Positions 1-10,322 of a stretch of DNA of 64,000 nucleotides are shown here, one piece after another. The notes under the pieces were generated by a model. It saw only the letters and a list, made by a program, of their open reading frames with translations, did not search any database and had not been told where the DNA came from. Position 1 is the stretch's first letter; each line of letters starts with the position of its first letter. Origin of the DNA: Candidatus Hydrogenedens sp. (GTDB taxonomy: Bacteria > Hydrogenedentota > Hydrogenedentia > Hydrogenedentales > Hydrogenedentaceae); contig JBMFRC010000002.1 in NCBI GenBank assembly GCA_049968235.1, positions 32,001 to 96,000 of the forward strand, written 5' to 3'. Both the position numbers and the translations under genes were made by a program.

Positions 1-1
1 A

Positions 2-256
2 AAGATTTATCGGGAACAGATACAACTTATTATTCTGGATATAAAAATGCCGGGCTTGAATGGAATAGAAACCCTTCGACAAATCCGTAAAATTTTATCT
101 GATGTACCCGTGATTATTTCTACAGGGTATTCAGAAGATAGCATTAATACTTTCGACCCGAAACTAAAAATAAATGATTTTCTTACCAAACCCTTCGGAA
201 CTAAAGATATTCTTCAAAAAATAAAAATCTGTATTTCTAATCCTCACCGTAAGTAA
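2..256 (+). CDS. Response regulator receiver domain protein, 3' portion only; the gene starts upstream of the window
   Basis: The in-frame translation from position 2 reads KIYREQIQLIILDIKMPGLNGIETLRQIRK...KPF, which is the phospho-Asp region (LIILDIKMPGLNG) and the conserved Lys (TKPF) of a CheY-like receiver. There is no start codon inside the window. Confidence 0.6.
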   Translation, partial: KIYREQIQLIILDIKMPGLNGIETLRQIRKILSDVPVIISTGYSEDSINTFDPKLKINDFLTKPFGTKDILQKIKICISNPHRK

Positions 257-275
257 TAACCTTTACAAAATATAT

Positions 276-1232
276 TCATTCCTGCACTAAATTTACAATC
301 ATCTTTTCTCGGGCTTTAATTAAATTTGTTAATAGCCCATTGATAGGACAGTCTATATGTAATTCTTTACCAATTTTTACAATGGCTCCGTTCAGGGCAT
401 CTATTTCTGTCTTCTTCCCTTGCTTTAAATCTTCCCGCATACTTGCATAATGTTCTGCTGTCGGTGGAATTAATTTATAAAACAGTAACTGGATATATTC
501 CTCCGGAGTAGAAATTATCATTGGGACATTTTTCTTTTGAGCCACCGCATATAGTTCATGAATTACATTCTTCATTATTATTTGCGTTTCTTCTGTTTCC
601 ATCAACCTTCCATAAGGGACATCCAGTAAAGCGGATAACGGATTTAATGCAGAGTTATATGCAACTTTCGCCCAAATTAAACCCTCTATATTTTCGGTAT
701 ATATTGTTGGAATACCTGATTTATTCATCGTTTCTGCAATGTTTCGCACAATTGATTCATCCGGACCCTGTTCCAATCTACCTAATGCAGTCGGCTCTGC
801 AATCACAGTTACCTGAACAAATCCAGGTTTTAATATTCGACTGCCAAAAATAACCCGGGCTGGAATTGTTCTTTTCATCCCTAAAAATTCTGCTATCTTT
901 TCAACATTTCCTAATCCGTTTTGATATGAACATACCAATGTATTGTTCGAGATAATAGGAAGAATATCTCGGATTGCTTGTTCTGTATCGTAAGATTTTA
1001 CAGATAAAAGGACTAAATCTATATTTCCTTTCCATTCTTCTTGAACCTTTGTGAATATCGGCAGATTGGGGATATGATGATTGCCCCAGATACCTGAAAT
1101 ATATAACCCCTCCCTCTGTATAGCCTCTACCATTTCAGGTCTTCCCACAAGAAAAACATCATGCCCCGCTTTTTTCATAAATCCACCAACAACACTACCT
1201 AATGCACCTGCTCCAATTATTAAAATCTTCAT
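276..1232 (-). CDS. panE: 2-dehydropantoate 2-reductase (ketopantoate reductase, ApbA/PanE family)
   Basis: N-terminal Rossmann motif MKILIIGAGALGS. The C-terminal motif ASMREDLKQGKKTEIDALNGAIV matches the PanE SMLQD...TEID..NG signature. The length, 318 aa, is typical. Confidence 0.8.
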   Translation of the reverse strand: MKILIIGAGALGSVVGGFMKKAGHDVFLVGRPEMVEAIQREGLYISGIWGNHHIPNLPIFTKVQEEWKGNIDLVLLSVKSYDTEQAIRDILPIISNNTLVCSYQNGLGNVEKIAEFLGMKRTIPARVIFGSRILKPGFVQVTVIAEPTALGRLEQGPDESIVRNIAETMNKSGIPTIYTENIEGLIWAKVAYNSALNPLSALLDVPYGRLMETEETQIIMKNVIHELYAVAQKKNVPMIISTPEEYIQLLFYKLIPPTAEHYASMREDLKQGKKTEIDALNGAIVKIGKELHIDCPINGLLTNLIKAREKMIVNLVQE

Positions 1233-1271
1233 TTACATTACTCCTTGGAGGAAAAATAACAATCTGTTTAT

Positions 1272-4010
1272 TTATTTCCAATTTTTCTTAACTATATCTA
1301 TTATCTCAGTAGGGAAATAGGGTTTGCGAAGTGAAGCTACTACAATATCCCTATGCTTCTGGATAATATCATCTGATATGGGCGGTCCACTACTAAGAAC
1401 AACAGGGATTTTCAGTTCTTTTTGTCTTATCTCATTAAGTAATTCTTCCCATTCTTGAATGTCTATATTTAAAATTAATAGTTTCACATCATAATCTGGA
1501 TCGTTTATTACTTCTATCGCTCTGACTTTATCACTTACTGGTATAGTATCAAACCCCCTAAAAGATAGGATTCTTCTGACCAATTCACTTACTATAGGTT
1601 CTTTATCATAAACAACAACGACCTCTTTACATGTATCCTGTACACTAAACTCTATATCATCGGAATCAGTCTCTACGGAGGCATCGGAAGAAACCCATGG
1701 GATAACCACATACATTTTTGTCCCCACATCTACTTTACTCTCAACCTTCATCCCCCCCTGGTGACTGCGAACAATCCCTAATACATATGACAGACCAAGT
1801 CCCCTGCCTAAAAATTTACTGCTATAAAATGGTTCAAATATTTTATTTATATCTTTGGACTCAATACCACAACCTGTATCCTCAACTACAATTTCTACAT
1901 ACTTCCCTTCTGGCAAATTCTTTCCGTCTAACACAAAGGAAGAAAACATCTCTCTGTTATAGTCAACAACACGGGTGGAAATATTTATGAGTCCGTCTTT
2001 ATTTCCTATTGCTTCCACAGAGTTTGTTACAAGACCTAAAATGATCTGCCGTATTAGTACCTCATCACATAATACACCTGTATCTTCTTTACAAAGATTG
2101 ATATTCAACTTAATCCTTTTTACAGTCGTTTCCAGGACAGATACCATGCCTCGAATAATAGTATTTATTTTATGCATCTTCTTATGAACAGCAAAACCCT
2201 TACCCGCATATATCATCATTTGTTTACATAGTTCTTTTGCTTGAGATATTGCCTTTTCTATCTCTATATGATGTAAGACTACCCCATAAGGTACAATACT
2301 TGTTTCAAAAGGATACTCTGCCTCTTCTAAATCCAAATGTCCCTGCATAACCATTAATAGGTTATTAAAATCATGGGCAATACCTCCCACAATAGCCCCT
2401 AAACTTTCCCATTTCTGTAACTGTCTTATATGTTCTTCCTGCTTTTTCCGTTCTGTAATATCTCGAAGTATTCCCGCAATGCCCTTTACTTTTCCTCGAT
2501 GGCTATAAAGTGGGAAGAATGAACATTCAACAATCCTCTCTTCTTCCTTCTTATCTAATTTCAATTTCCACTCACATAAACCTATATCTTTCTTTTTCTC
2601 CTTTATCTCATTGAGCCGATTTAGGAATCGGCTTTGTTCTTCTGGTTCTACAAACTCAACAAATTTCCGATTTAATAAAGATTTTAATCGTGCTTTTCGT
2701 AATATTTTCAAGAAAGATGGATTGGCAAATTTAATATTTTCTTCCAAATCCATCTCAAAATATCCTTCCCCTAAATTTTCAATTATTCCCCGATAGAATA
2801 ATTCGCTCTTCTTTAATGAATCTTGTGCTATAACTTCTTCGGTAATATCACGAATTAAACTATCATATCCTACGAAATTACCCTCTCTATCGAAAATAAG
2901 TATGGAGGTATTTCGTATCCACCGTATTTGACCATCTTTCCGGATAATTCGATGGACAATAGGTCCCTGAAATTCACCTCTTGTAATAGCATTTGCATAA
3001 TTCAAAACAATTTCTTTATCCTCATCATAAACCATTGAATACCAGAGATACGGATTCGTATAAAATTCTTCCGGTTTATAGCCGGTCACCGCTTCACAAC
3101 CCGGAGAATGAATGGTTTCAATTACCCTTCCATTTTCTATCTTTACATGATAGAAATAGTCCATAATGGCTTCTACCATGCGACGATATCTCTCTTCGCT
3201 TTCTCGTAATTCCCGTTCTATTTTCATGCGTTCACGCATATCTTCCCCAATAGATACGACCCATATACGATTAAACATAGTTAGTTCTATAGGCACATCA
3301 AGCCAGCGAATAGAAACCTCCTGTCCTTCTTTCGTAAATAAAGGATGTTCCCCTAAATAAGGTTTGGGATTTAATCGCATATTTTTCACATACTTCTTCA
3401 CAGCCGATTTCCATGCATCGGGTATTACGAACTCCAGAAAATCCTTACCTATTACTTCTGAAGAGGAATATCCTAATACTTTTTCTCCTTCTTTATTTAT
3501 ACCTAAAATTTTCGTACAATTGTCTTCTGTAATTTCCCAGAAAAAGAATATAAGAGGAATATCTTTAAATATAAAACTTAACGCATCACCAAACATTTTA
3601 AGATAATCGTTATTTGTCCGCTCACATACAAGAGTTATATCTACCCAACACCATCCTGTAAGAATATCATTATCGTTCTCCTGTAATATCCAACCCTCTA
3701 ACATTGCCCATTTAGAAGAACCTTTTTGTGTAATAAAAGGATACTCATTTATACAAATATGTCCAGTTTTCTTGATTTCTAATAACACCTCTGAAAAAGG
3801 ATTTATTAGTTGAATAACCTCACCAATATATTTACCCTCGATAACATCAATATTTTCTTCAAAAGTAGAAACTTCCCAGATAGATAACATTTTTGTATCT
3901 ATAGATAATATCTTTCCTTCCCCATCCAATATTAGAAAACCAATGTTTGCATTTTCCCTAAGAAGGGATAACCATTCTCCCATTTGATTTTTTGACAAGT
4001 TTAATGACAT
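1272..4010 (-). CDS. Hybrid sensor histidine kinase with multiple PAS domains, HisKA, HATPase_c and a C-terminal receiver-like domain whose phospho-acceptor position appears to be Asn
   Basis: H-box AHDFNNLLMVMQGHLDL. ATPase G-boxes DTGCGI and GRGLGLSYV. The C-terminal domain has a receiver-like layout (VVVVYDKE...KLLILNIDI...VVLSSG...LRKPY) but reads LLILN where LLxLD is expected. Confidence 0.8.
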   Translation of the reverse strand: MSLNLSKNQMGEWLSLLRENANIGFLILDGEGKILSIDTKMLSIWEVSTFEENIDVIEGKYIGEVIQLINPFSEVLLEIKKTGHICINEYPFITQKGSSKWAMLEGWILQENDNDILTGWCWVDITLVCERTNNDYLKMFGDALSFIFKDIPLIFFFWEITEDNCTKILGINKEGEKVLGYSSSEVIGKDFLEFVIPDAWKSAVKKYVKNMRLNPKPYLGEHPLFTKEGQEVSIRWLDVPIELTMFNRIWVVSIGEDMRERMKIERELRESEERYRRMVEAIMDYFYHVKIENGRVIETIHSPGCEAVTGYKPEEFYTNPYLWYSMVYDEDKEIVLNYANAITRGEFQGPIVHRIIRKDGQIRWIRNTSILIFDREGNFVGYDSLIRDITEEVIAQDSLKKSELFYRGIIENLGEGYFEMDLEENIKFANPSFLKILRKARLKSLLNRKFVEFVEPEEQSRFLNRLNEIKEKKKDIGLCEWKLKLDKKEEERIVECSFFPLYSHRGKVKGIAGILRDITERKKQEEHIRQLQKWESLGAIVGGIAHDFNNLLMVMQGHLDLEEAEYPFETSIVPYGVVLHHIEIEKAISQAKELCKQMMIYAGKGFAVHKKMHKINTIIRGMVSVLETTVKRIKLNINLCKEDTGVLCDEVLIRQIILGLVTNSVEAIGNKDGLINISTRVVDYNREMFSSFVLDGKNLPEGKYVEIVVEDTGCGIESKDINKIFEPFYSSKFLGRGLGLSYVLGIVRSHQGGMKVESKVDVGTKMYVVIPWVSSDASVETDSDDIEFSVQDTCKEVVVVYDKEPIVSELVRRILSFRGFDTIPVSDKVRAIEVINDPDYDVKLLILNIDIQEWEELLNEIRQKELKIPVVLSSGPPISDDIIQKHRDIVVASLRKPYFPTEIIDIVKKNWK

Positions 4011-4060
4011 CGCGATTTCCTATTTTACCGTATTTTACTAATTTTATGCATATTAACTAT

Positions 4061-4091
4061 TAATTATATTATACTGCTAATTATATTATAC
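4061..4091. repeat. Tandem 14-bp direct repeat TAATTATATTATAC x2 (3-bp spacer) spanning the stop codon of the upstream hybrid kinase, in the short spacer between the two kinase genes
   Basis: Read directly. A second shorter direct repeat TATTTTAC x2 lies at 4021..4038. Confidence 0.4.
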
Positions 4092-7000
4092 CGTGTCCCC
4101 TATTACACTTTTCAATAGTTTTATCAAATCAAATGGACGGTAAGGTTTTTGAATAAATCCCGAAGGTTTTATCCCTTCGAACCTCTGATGAACATCCTGT
4201 TCCGGGAAACCACTACATAAGATAACCGGTATATTCTTGTTAACTTTTTTTATTTCCTGAAAGACTTCTAAACCATCTAATTCGGGCATTGTTAAATCTA
4301 GAACTACCGCTGTTAATTCACTTTTATATTTATTAAAAAGTTCCAATGCTTCTCTTCCATTCCGGGCTAAAATTGTCTTATAACCAAATTGGGTAAGAGA
4401 TTCATTGGCTACCTCCAGTACACTTTCTTCATCATCCACCACTAAAATGGCACTTGAAATTTTTCCTGTTTCGAACATCTCCTTTTCATATTTTTTTTGC
4501 TCTTCCTCCTGCACCATTTCTTCTTTCTTTATTGTTTCGGATACAGGGAAATAGACCTTAAAGCAAGTCCCTTTACCAGGTTCACTATACACATTAATAG
4601 TCCCTTTATGTCCTCGAACAATTCCAAGAACGGAAGCAAGACCTAAACCCCTTCCGGCAAATTTTGTAGAAAAAAATGGGTCAAAAATTCTAGGTATTAC
4701 TTCCTTACTCATCCCACTGCCTGTATCAGATACTTCAAGACAAATGTATTTACCGGGTTCTACTGGTTCAAAATAATACGATTCCTTTATATGTTCTCTG
4801 GTTAAATCAACAACTTTGATTTGAATAACTATCTTACCGGGGGATTCGCCAAGAGATTCTGAAGCATTCGTAATTAGATTCATTAAAACCTGATGCAATT
4901 GAATGGCATCACCATGAATAGAAGGCAAATTATCAGGACAGTCATATTCGACAATTGCCTTTTTTGATACAATTGCTGATAATAAAGGCTTCATCTCTTC
5001 AACCAATCGAGATAAATTCAACGGTCTTGTTGCAATAACTCCTTTACCGGAATACGCTAACATTTGATTGGTCAACTCTGCTGCCCTTTGAGCGGATTCT
5101 TCAATTCTCTTGAGGTAAGTTCGTATGGGAGAATCGTCAGGTAATCGAGCAAGAGCCAATTCTGCATTGCCCAGAATCCCTACTAAAATGTTGTTATAAT
5201 CATGAGCAATTCCTCCGGCAAGGACTCCCAAACTTTCCAATTTTTGGGCATACAAAATTTGCATTTCTAATCTTTTCCGTTCCTCTTCTGCTCTTCTTCG
5301 GTCGGTAATATCACGGGCAATTCCCTGAATACCGACAGGCTTCTCTTTTTCGTAAATAAGTCTTGTGCTAACTTCCAAAGGAATTCTGTGGCCATCTTTA
5401 GCAATAATTTCTACTTCATATTTCGTAGGAGGAGCACCCACTAATTTTTTACGAATTTGTTCTTTGACTTCATTATGATATTCGGGAGCCAGAATATCAA
5501 AGGCATTCATATTTAGTGCCTCTTCCAAACTATAGCCAGTTATATGTATCCCTGCTTTGTTCAGTGAGGTAAATCTACCTGTTAAATCATGGGTATAAAC
5601 AATATCATTGGCATTTTCAAATAATTCTTTATACCGTTCTTCTGCTTTTTGTATCGTTTCAATGGCTTGTTTACGCCAGCGAACATCCCGTAGAAATACC
5701 ATATAAAAGGAGCGACTGGCAAGCAGAAAGTGCCCTACAATAAATTCCGTCGGGATTCTTTCCCCTTTCAAATTCTCTATTTCAATTTCTTGAATATCCG
5801 ATGTCTTAATTTCTTCATTTTGACCTAATTTATTTACCCATTCATACCAATTCGGAATAAATCGTTGAATTTTATTTTTTAGTAGTTCTTCTTCATAGTC
5901 AGCCCCCAATAATCGGATACCCCCTCGATTTATACCTATGATTTCACCCGTTTCATCCACAGAAAGCAATGCATAGGGAAGCATTTGTTCTAACAATTCG
6001 TATTGACGCCCCTGTCTTCTCTGTAATTCTAAGACTTCATACCAGAGGAATAACCACCCTACTTCACAGGAAATCGAATTCAAAAGAGGAATAATTTCTC
6101 CATCAAGCATATCTTTACGGGTTGTTGCCAAAACGACACAACCTACGGGATTTTCACTGGTTCGTATGGGAATTGCAAATATTTTTGCAAAACCCCGCTC
6201 ACGCAAATTTACTGGAAAACTATCTACCATAGAAGAAATTTCTATTACATCATTACTGGAAAATATTGTCTCAATTACCAGATTATTTTTAGACACATGC
6301 TGTAATAATTTTGTAATTTTATCCTCCAGACCCTCCGCTGAAACTAAAGTAATCTCCCTTGGATTTAATTTAAAAATAGCTCCAGCCTCCATAGATGTAA
6401 TTTCTATTGCACTGTGCAAAATTTTAGAGAACGCTTCTTCTTCAGGGATACCGTGAACAAGGTCCCCGCATAACCAATGGAATTGATTTTTTATAACTCG
6501 AATACCTCGCATAAAGAACTTTTCCCGATGGGGTGTGCTTAACTCCTGACCTAATATAAGCATAGATTGCACCCCCTGCCCCTGTTTCACCGGGAAGCAT
6601 GCCCATAACATTAATAGTTTCTTTTTATCCTTTGTTACAATTTCCCCTTCAAATAAAATGTCATTGGTATTCGTTTTTAATCTATTTGCTTGAAAAAATT
6701 GTATGGTTTCTTCGCATATTTCATCTGGCACAAATGTTTCAAACCAATTCTTGCCCAGAACTTCAGAAGGGAGCCATCCTGTTAAATTTTTAATGTATTC
6801 GTTGACATATAAAACTTCTCCGGAAGAATTAATTTGAATTACTAATATAGAGAAATGTTCTAAAATTTTTAAAATATGTGCATCTTCTTCCAAAAGAGTA
6901 TCTAACAGTTTCTCATCTGTAATAGGATAAATAAAAAATAAAATTTTATGTAGGTTACTTTTTTCATCTTTAATATGTATTCCAAAACTACCCCAATTGT

Positions 7001-7280
7001 CAGTAGAACTGCTCCTGTTTTTTTTCTGTATTCTTTTTTTCCAAATCTGCATCCAGTATTGTGATGAAGATGGAATTATATTTTCTCCTCGTGGGTAACA
7101 TACTTCAACAAATTCGTTCAACAAATGTGTCTCCAATTTAATGCCTCGCACAGAACCTATTAGCCGTCTCTTCGTCTCCTTATCACAATATTCAATAGTC
7201 CCATCCGCCGAGCAAATAAGGAAACTTACTGTGGAATTTTTCAATAACTGGATAACATCTCTTATTTTAAGGGTTGACAT
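4086..7280 (-). CDS. Hybrid sensor histidine kinase with GAF and PAS domains, HisKA, HATPase_c and a C-terminal receiver
   Basis: H-box AHDYNNILVGILGNAELA. G-boxes DTGSGM and GRGLGLASV. Canonical receiver with ILVVDDEE, VVLDLTMPELDG, ILCSG and QKPY. Length 1064 aa. Confidence 0.8.
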   Translation of the reverse strand: MSTLKIRDVIQLLKNSTVSFLICSADGTIEYCDKETKRRLIGSVRGIKLETHLLNEFVEVCYPRGENIIPSSSQYWMQIWKKRIQKKNRSSSTDNWGSFGIHIKDEKSNLHKILFFIYPITDEKLLDTLLEEDAHILKILEHFSILVIQINSSGEVLYVNEYIKNLTGWLPSEVLGKNWFETFVPDEICEETIQFFQANRLKTNTNDILFEGEIVTKDKKKLLMLWACFPVKQGQGVQSMLILGQELSTPHREKFFMRGIRVIKNQFHWLCGDLVHGIPEEEAFSKILHSAIEITSMEAGAIFKLNPREITLVSAEGLEDKITKLLQHVSKNNLVIETIFSSNDVIEISSMVDSFPVNLRERGFAKIFAIPIRTSENPVGCVVLATTRKDMLDGEIIPLLNSISCEVGWLFLWYEVLELQRRQGRQYELLEQMLPYALLSVDETGEIIGINRGGIRLLGADYEEELLKNKIQRFIPNWYEWVNKLGQNEEIKTSDIQEIEIENLKGERIPTEFIVGHFLLASRSFYMVFLRDVRWRKQAIETIQKAEERYKELFENANDIVYTHDLTGRFTSLNKAGIHITGYSLEEALNMNAFDILAPEYHNEVKEQIRKKLVGAPPTKYEVEIIAKDGHRIPLEVSTRLIYEKEKPVGIQGIARDITDRRRAEEERKRLEMQILYAQKLESLGVLAGGIAHDYNNILVGILGNAELALARLPDDSPIRTYLKRIEESAQRAAELTNQMLAYSGKGVIATRPLNLSRLVEEMKPLLSAIVSKKAIVEYDCPDNLPSIHGDAIQLHQVLMNLITNASESLGESPGKIVIQIKVVDLTREHIKESYYFEPVEPGKYICLEVSDTGSGMSKEVIPRIFDPFFSTKFAGRGLGLASVLGIVRGHKGTINVYSEPGKGTCFKVYFPVSETIKKEEMVQEEEQKKYEKEMFETGKISSAILVVDDEESVLEVANESLTQFGYKTILARNGREALELFNKYKSELTAVVLDLTMPELDGLEVFQEIKKVNKNIPVILCSGFPEQDVHQRFEGIKPSGFIQKPYRPFDLIKLLKSVIGDTV

Positions 7281-7403
7281 TATTTATTCCAATATAGTTA
7301 GTTAAAGCAAGCCTTTCTATTATTTATTAATACTACCAAATTATCATTTCGTTTTATTTAATATTATATTTTAATCTTTGCCAGATAACTTTGTAAATAT
7401 TTT

Positions 7404-8438
7404 TTACTCATTATTGGGGAAAAGAGGGGGAATATAGGAACCGGGTGGAGTTAAACCGAAATGTTTGTAGGCTAATGGCGTTGCAACTCGTCCCTGAGGT
7501 GTCCTTTTCATAAAGCCGATTTGAATAAGATATGGCTCATGAACTTCCTCTATGGTTTGCCGTTCCTCTCCAATTGCAACCGCAAGTGAATTAAGCCCGA
7601 CAGGTCCCCCAGAAAATTTTTCAATAATTGTTTTTATTAACATCCGGTCCATATCATCCAGACCGAGATCATCTATGCGAAGGAGTTTTAATGCGGAGTT
7701 TGCTATTGACAGTGTGATTGTACCATCTCCTTTAACTTGAGCGTAATCTCGGACCCGTCGTAGTAATCGATTTGCAATACGCGCTGTTCCTCGTGAACGC
7801 CGTGCAATCTCTAAGGATGCTTCATCATCAATCGGGACATTTAAGATATGGGCGGAGCGGAGGACAATTGTTTGTAACTCCTGAGGAGAATAGAAATCAA
7901 GTCGGCATGAGTCTCCAAATCGTGCACGTAACGGCGGTGTTAATAAACCAGCTCGTGTTGTAGCCCCTATAAGGGTAAATGGCTTCAATCCTAACTTTAT
8001 AGAACGGGCAGTAGGTCCTTTCCCCAACATAATATCAATTTCAAAATCTTCCATCGCAGAGTATAAAGTTTCTTCCACTGCTCTATTCAAACGATGTATT
8101 TCATCTATAAATAAGATATCGAACTCATTTAATCCTGTTAAAATGGCAGAAAGGTCTGCCTGCCGTTCTAACACAGGACCGGAAGTTTGATGAATAGCGA
8201 CACGCATTTCATTAGCCAAAATTCGGGCGAGTGTTGTTTTTCCCAATCCTGGAGGACCATAAAGCAAAATATGGTCTAATGGTTCTTTTCTTTGTTTTGC
8301 TGCATGGATGGAAATTAACAATTTTTCTTTTACCGGTTCCTGTCCAGGAAAGTCTTGTAATCGCTGGGGGCGAATTTGTTCGTCAAATACAGATTCATCC
8401 TCTATTGGTTCCGGTGCAAATATATGTTCTGAACTCAT
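7404..8438 (-). CDS. ruvB: Holliday junction branch migration DNA helicase RuvB
   Basis: Walker [22 protein letters not shown] and FIDEIHRL. Full-length AAA+ RuvB layout. Overlaps the ruvA stop by 4 bp. Confidence 0.93.
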   Translation of the reverse strand: MSSEHIFAPEPIEDESVFDEQIRPQRLQDFPGQEPVKEKLLISIHAAKQRKEPLDHILLYGPPGLGKTTLARILANEMRVAIHQTSGPVLERQADLSAILTGLNEFDILFIDEIHRLNRAVEETLYSAMEDFEIDIMLGKGPTARSIKLGLKPFTLIGATTRAGLLTPPLRARFGDSCRLDFYSPQELQTIVLRSAHILNVPIDDEASLEIARRSRGTARIANRLLRRVRDYAQVKGDGTITLSIANSALKLLRIDDLGLDDMDRMLIKTIIEKFSGGPVGLNSLAVAIGEERQTIEEVHEPYLIQIGFMKRTPQGRVATPLAYKHFGLTPPGSYIPPLFPNNE

Positions 8439-9043
8439 GAATGAGGTCCTCCTTTCAAATATTGCAACGATGTCCGTATCAAATCTTCAACACTCGCATT
8501 TTCCCCCAATTGTTGTCTTGCAAATGTAACAGCACTTTTAGCCTCATTTACGGAACAACCCATTGACAACATTGCTTGATAGACTTCATCCCTATCAATA
8601 ACTTTATCTTCCGTAGGACTTAATAAGGCAGATAATTCTGTATCTTCACCCATCTTATTGCGGAATTCTAAAATTAATCGCTGGGCTGTCTTTTTACCTA
8701 TTCCTGGCGCTGTGGCAATTAGATTGTAATCGTTACCCATCACAGCCTGTCGGAATTCATTCACAGAAAGGGTAGATAATACTGCCATTGCCATTTTAGG
8801 TCCTATACCACTTATAGAAATAAGTCTTTGGAAAAGTATCTTCTGCTCATCATTTTCAAAAGCATATATATCAACCGAGTCCTCCCGCCATACCGTATGG
8901 ACAGGAAATATGGCTTCCTCATTCAAATGTACTTTATTCAACAGGTTTACAGGCACATTTAATAAATAACCTACCCCGTGAATATCTAATACCAATGTAT
9001 TTATACGAATCTTTGTTATAACTCCACGAAGGTAATCAAACAT
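8435..9043 (-). CDS. ruvA: Holliday junction branch migration complex subunit RuvA
   Basis: N-terminus [12 protein letters not shown]...[14 protein letters not shown] and [12 protein letters not shown] are RuvA signatures. It is translationally coupled to ruvB. Confidence 0.9.
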   Translation of the reverse strand: MFDYLRGVITKIRINTLVLDIHGVGYLLNVPVNLLNKVHLNEEAIFPVHTVWREDSVDIYAFENDEQKILFQRLISISGIGPKMAMAVLSTLSVNEFRQAVMGNDYNLIATAPGIGKKTAQRLILEFRNKMGEDTELSALLSPTEDKVIDRDEVYQAMLSMGCSVNEAKSAVTFARQQLGENASVEDLIRTSLQYLKGGPHS

Positions 9044-9244
9044 ATATGCTCCTCGTTATAATGTAAATGTTAAATGTTAAATATTATGTATTACCCATGT
9101 ATTATTATAGAACATTTATTATATACTTATTCTTATGACAAGCATCATATAAGAAAAAACAATATATTTTACGAATTTACATTTTTTTGTTTTCATTTTA
9201 TAAAATCTACTCGTTGACAGATATATAAATTAAGGACTTTCGTT

Positions 9245-10111
9245 ATGGAAATAAAATCTTCCCTAATATCTTTTGTTATATTGTTATTTGTTTTTTCTCT
9301 CTGGTGTTTTTCAGAACCTGACAAAGGTAAACCACAACCAACAAATGTAGATATCCAGAATGCTAAGGATGTCCCTTCTTTTCAACAAGTCTCTCCCATC
9401 GAAGTGCAGATAAAAGATAACAAAACTCAGCAGACATCTACTCTGGTAATTAACCCCAATGAACGATTATACCGGGAAATACAGGAAATGAAAATCTCAC
9501 TACAGCAGATACAACAAACTCTGGATTATTTAGTGAATCACGTTATTACAGATCTGGAAGCAGAAAACCAGCAATTAAAAGCAACTTTACAATCTTATGG
9601 ACTAAATCCAATCCCTCAGGATATGATCCGAACCCCATCTTCGAAGTATATTCCCGGAAGCCCTGCCAACGAAGGTATTACAACACCTGTTCCATCTACG
9701 AGTACCAGAACAAAGATAGAAAATAACGATACACCACCTCAAGAATTTTATTTCCGCGTTCTAGAGGAATGGGGAAGAAATCCGGAAGTTGTGAAACAAA
9801 TGAATTCAAATGCACCTACAATAAAAGGAATTATTGGTGTTGTTCCGTATGGGAGTCCGAAAGAAAAATTACAAGAATTAGCACGGGAACTTCGATTGAA
9901 ATACGATGAATATGACAACATCAATATTGAAGTTTTTGATGATGACGTATCGGCAAAAGAATATATAAAAAAAAATATAAAGAGTAAGGAACATAATGTT
10001 TTAAGTATCTCAAAACATAAGGAAAGTGGACGGGATATAATCTCCATTTACGGTATTAATGAATCCTCATTAGTCCTTCCTGAATCAATACCATCTCCAG
10101 AAAATCAATAA
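9245..10111 (+). CDS. Hypothetical secreted protein (signal peptide, central coiled coil, Pro/Ser/Thr-rich segment)
   Basis: Hydrophobic N-terminus LISFVILLFVFSLWCF. The heptad-like stretch EIQEMKISLQQIQQTLDYLV...LEAENQQLKATLQS. No recognisable catalytic motif. Confidence 0.45.
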   Translation: MEIKSSLISFVILLFVFSLWCFSEPDKGKPQPTNVDIQNAKDVPSFQQVSPIEVQIKDNKTQQTSTLVINPNERLYREIQEMKISLQQIQQTLDYLVNHVITDLEAENQQLKATLQSYGLNPIPQDMIRTPSSKYIPGSPANEGITTPVPSTSTRTKIENNDTPPQEFYFRVLEEWGRNPEVVKQMNSNAPTIKGIIGVVPYGSPKEKLQELARELRLKYDEYDNINIEVFDDDVSAKEYIKKNIKSKEHNVLSISKHKESGRDIISIYGINESSLVLPESIPSPENQ

Positions 10112-10322
10112 CACAGTCCCCAAATACCAATAATCCTTTTATTGGGCAGATGTTTTGTTTGTCTTTTCTGTTTCTTCCTATTTCCCATAAGCGTGATTTT
10201 GACAATAATTCTCAAAAACTGAAAAATACAATTTGACATTATATACACAATTATGGTATTACTTTTATATCGATTAGTAATACTAACAAATTAACAATCA
10301 ACAACCCATAGGAGAATTCATC

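Noticed and set aside
521-853. Numerous 60-150-aa ORFs on the opposite strand of large genes (for example 521..853, 6166..6456, 12995..13354, 21964..22479, 29194..29541, 46563..46973, 48061..48390)
   Set aside because: All lie fully inside well-supported genes on the other strand, have no RBS and give low-complexity translations. They are typical antisense shadow ORFs.
9205-9245. Sigma70-like TTGACA hexamers upstream of the 9245 gene and in 10230..10262
   Set aside because: No properly spaced -10 element could be matched. Promoter consensus for this lineage is unknown, so these were not called.
10127-10170. AT-rich hairpin CCAATAA-TCCTT-TTATTGG followed by a T-rich stretch after the 9245..10111 gene
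   Set aside because: The 7-bp AT-rich stem has low predicted stability. It may be a weak terminator but I cannot support it.
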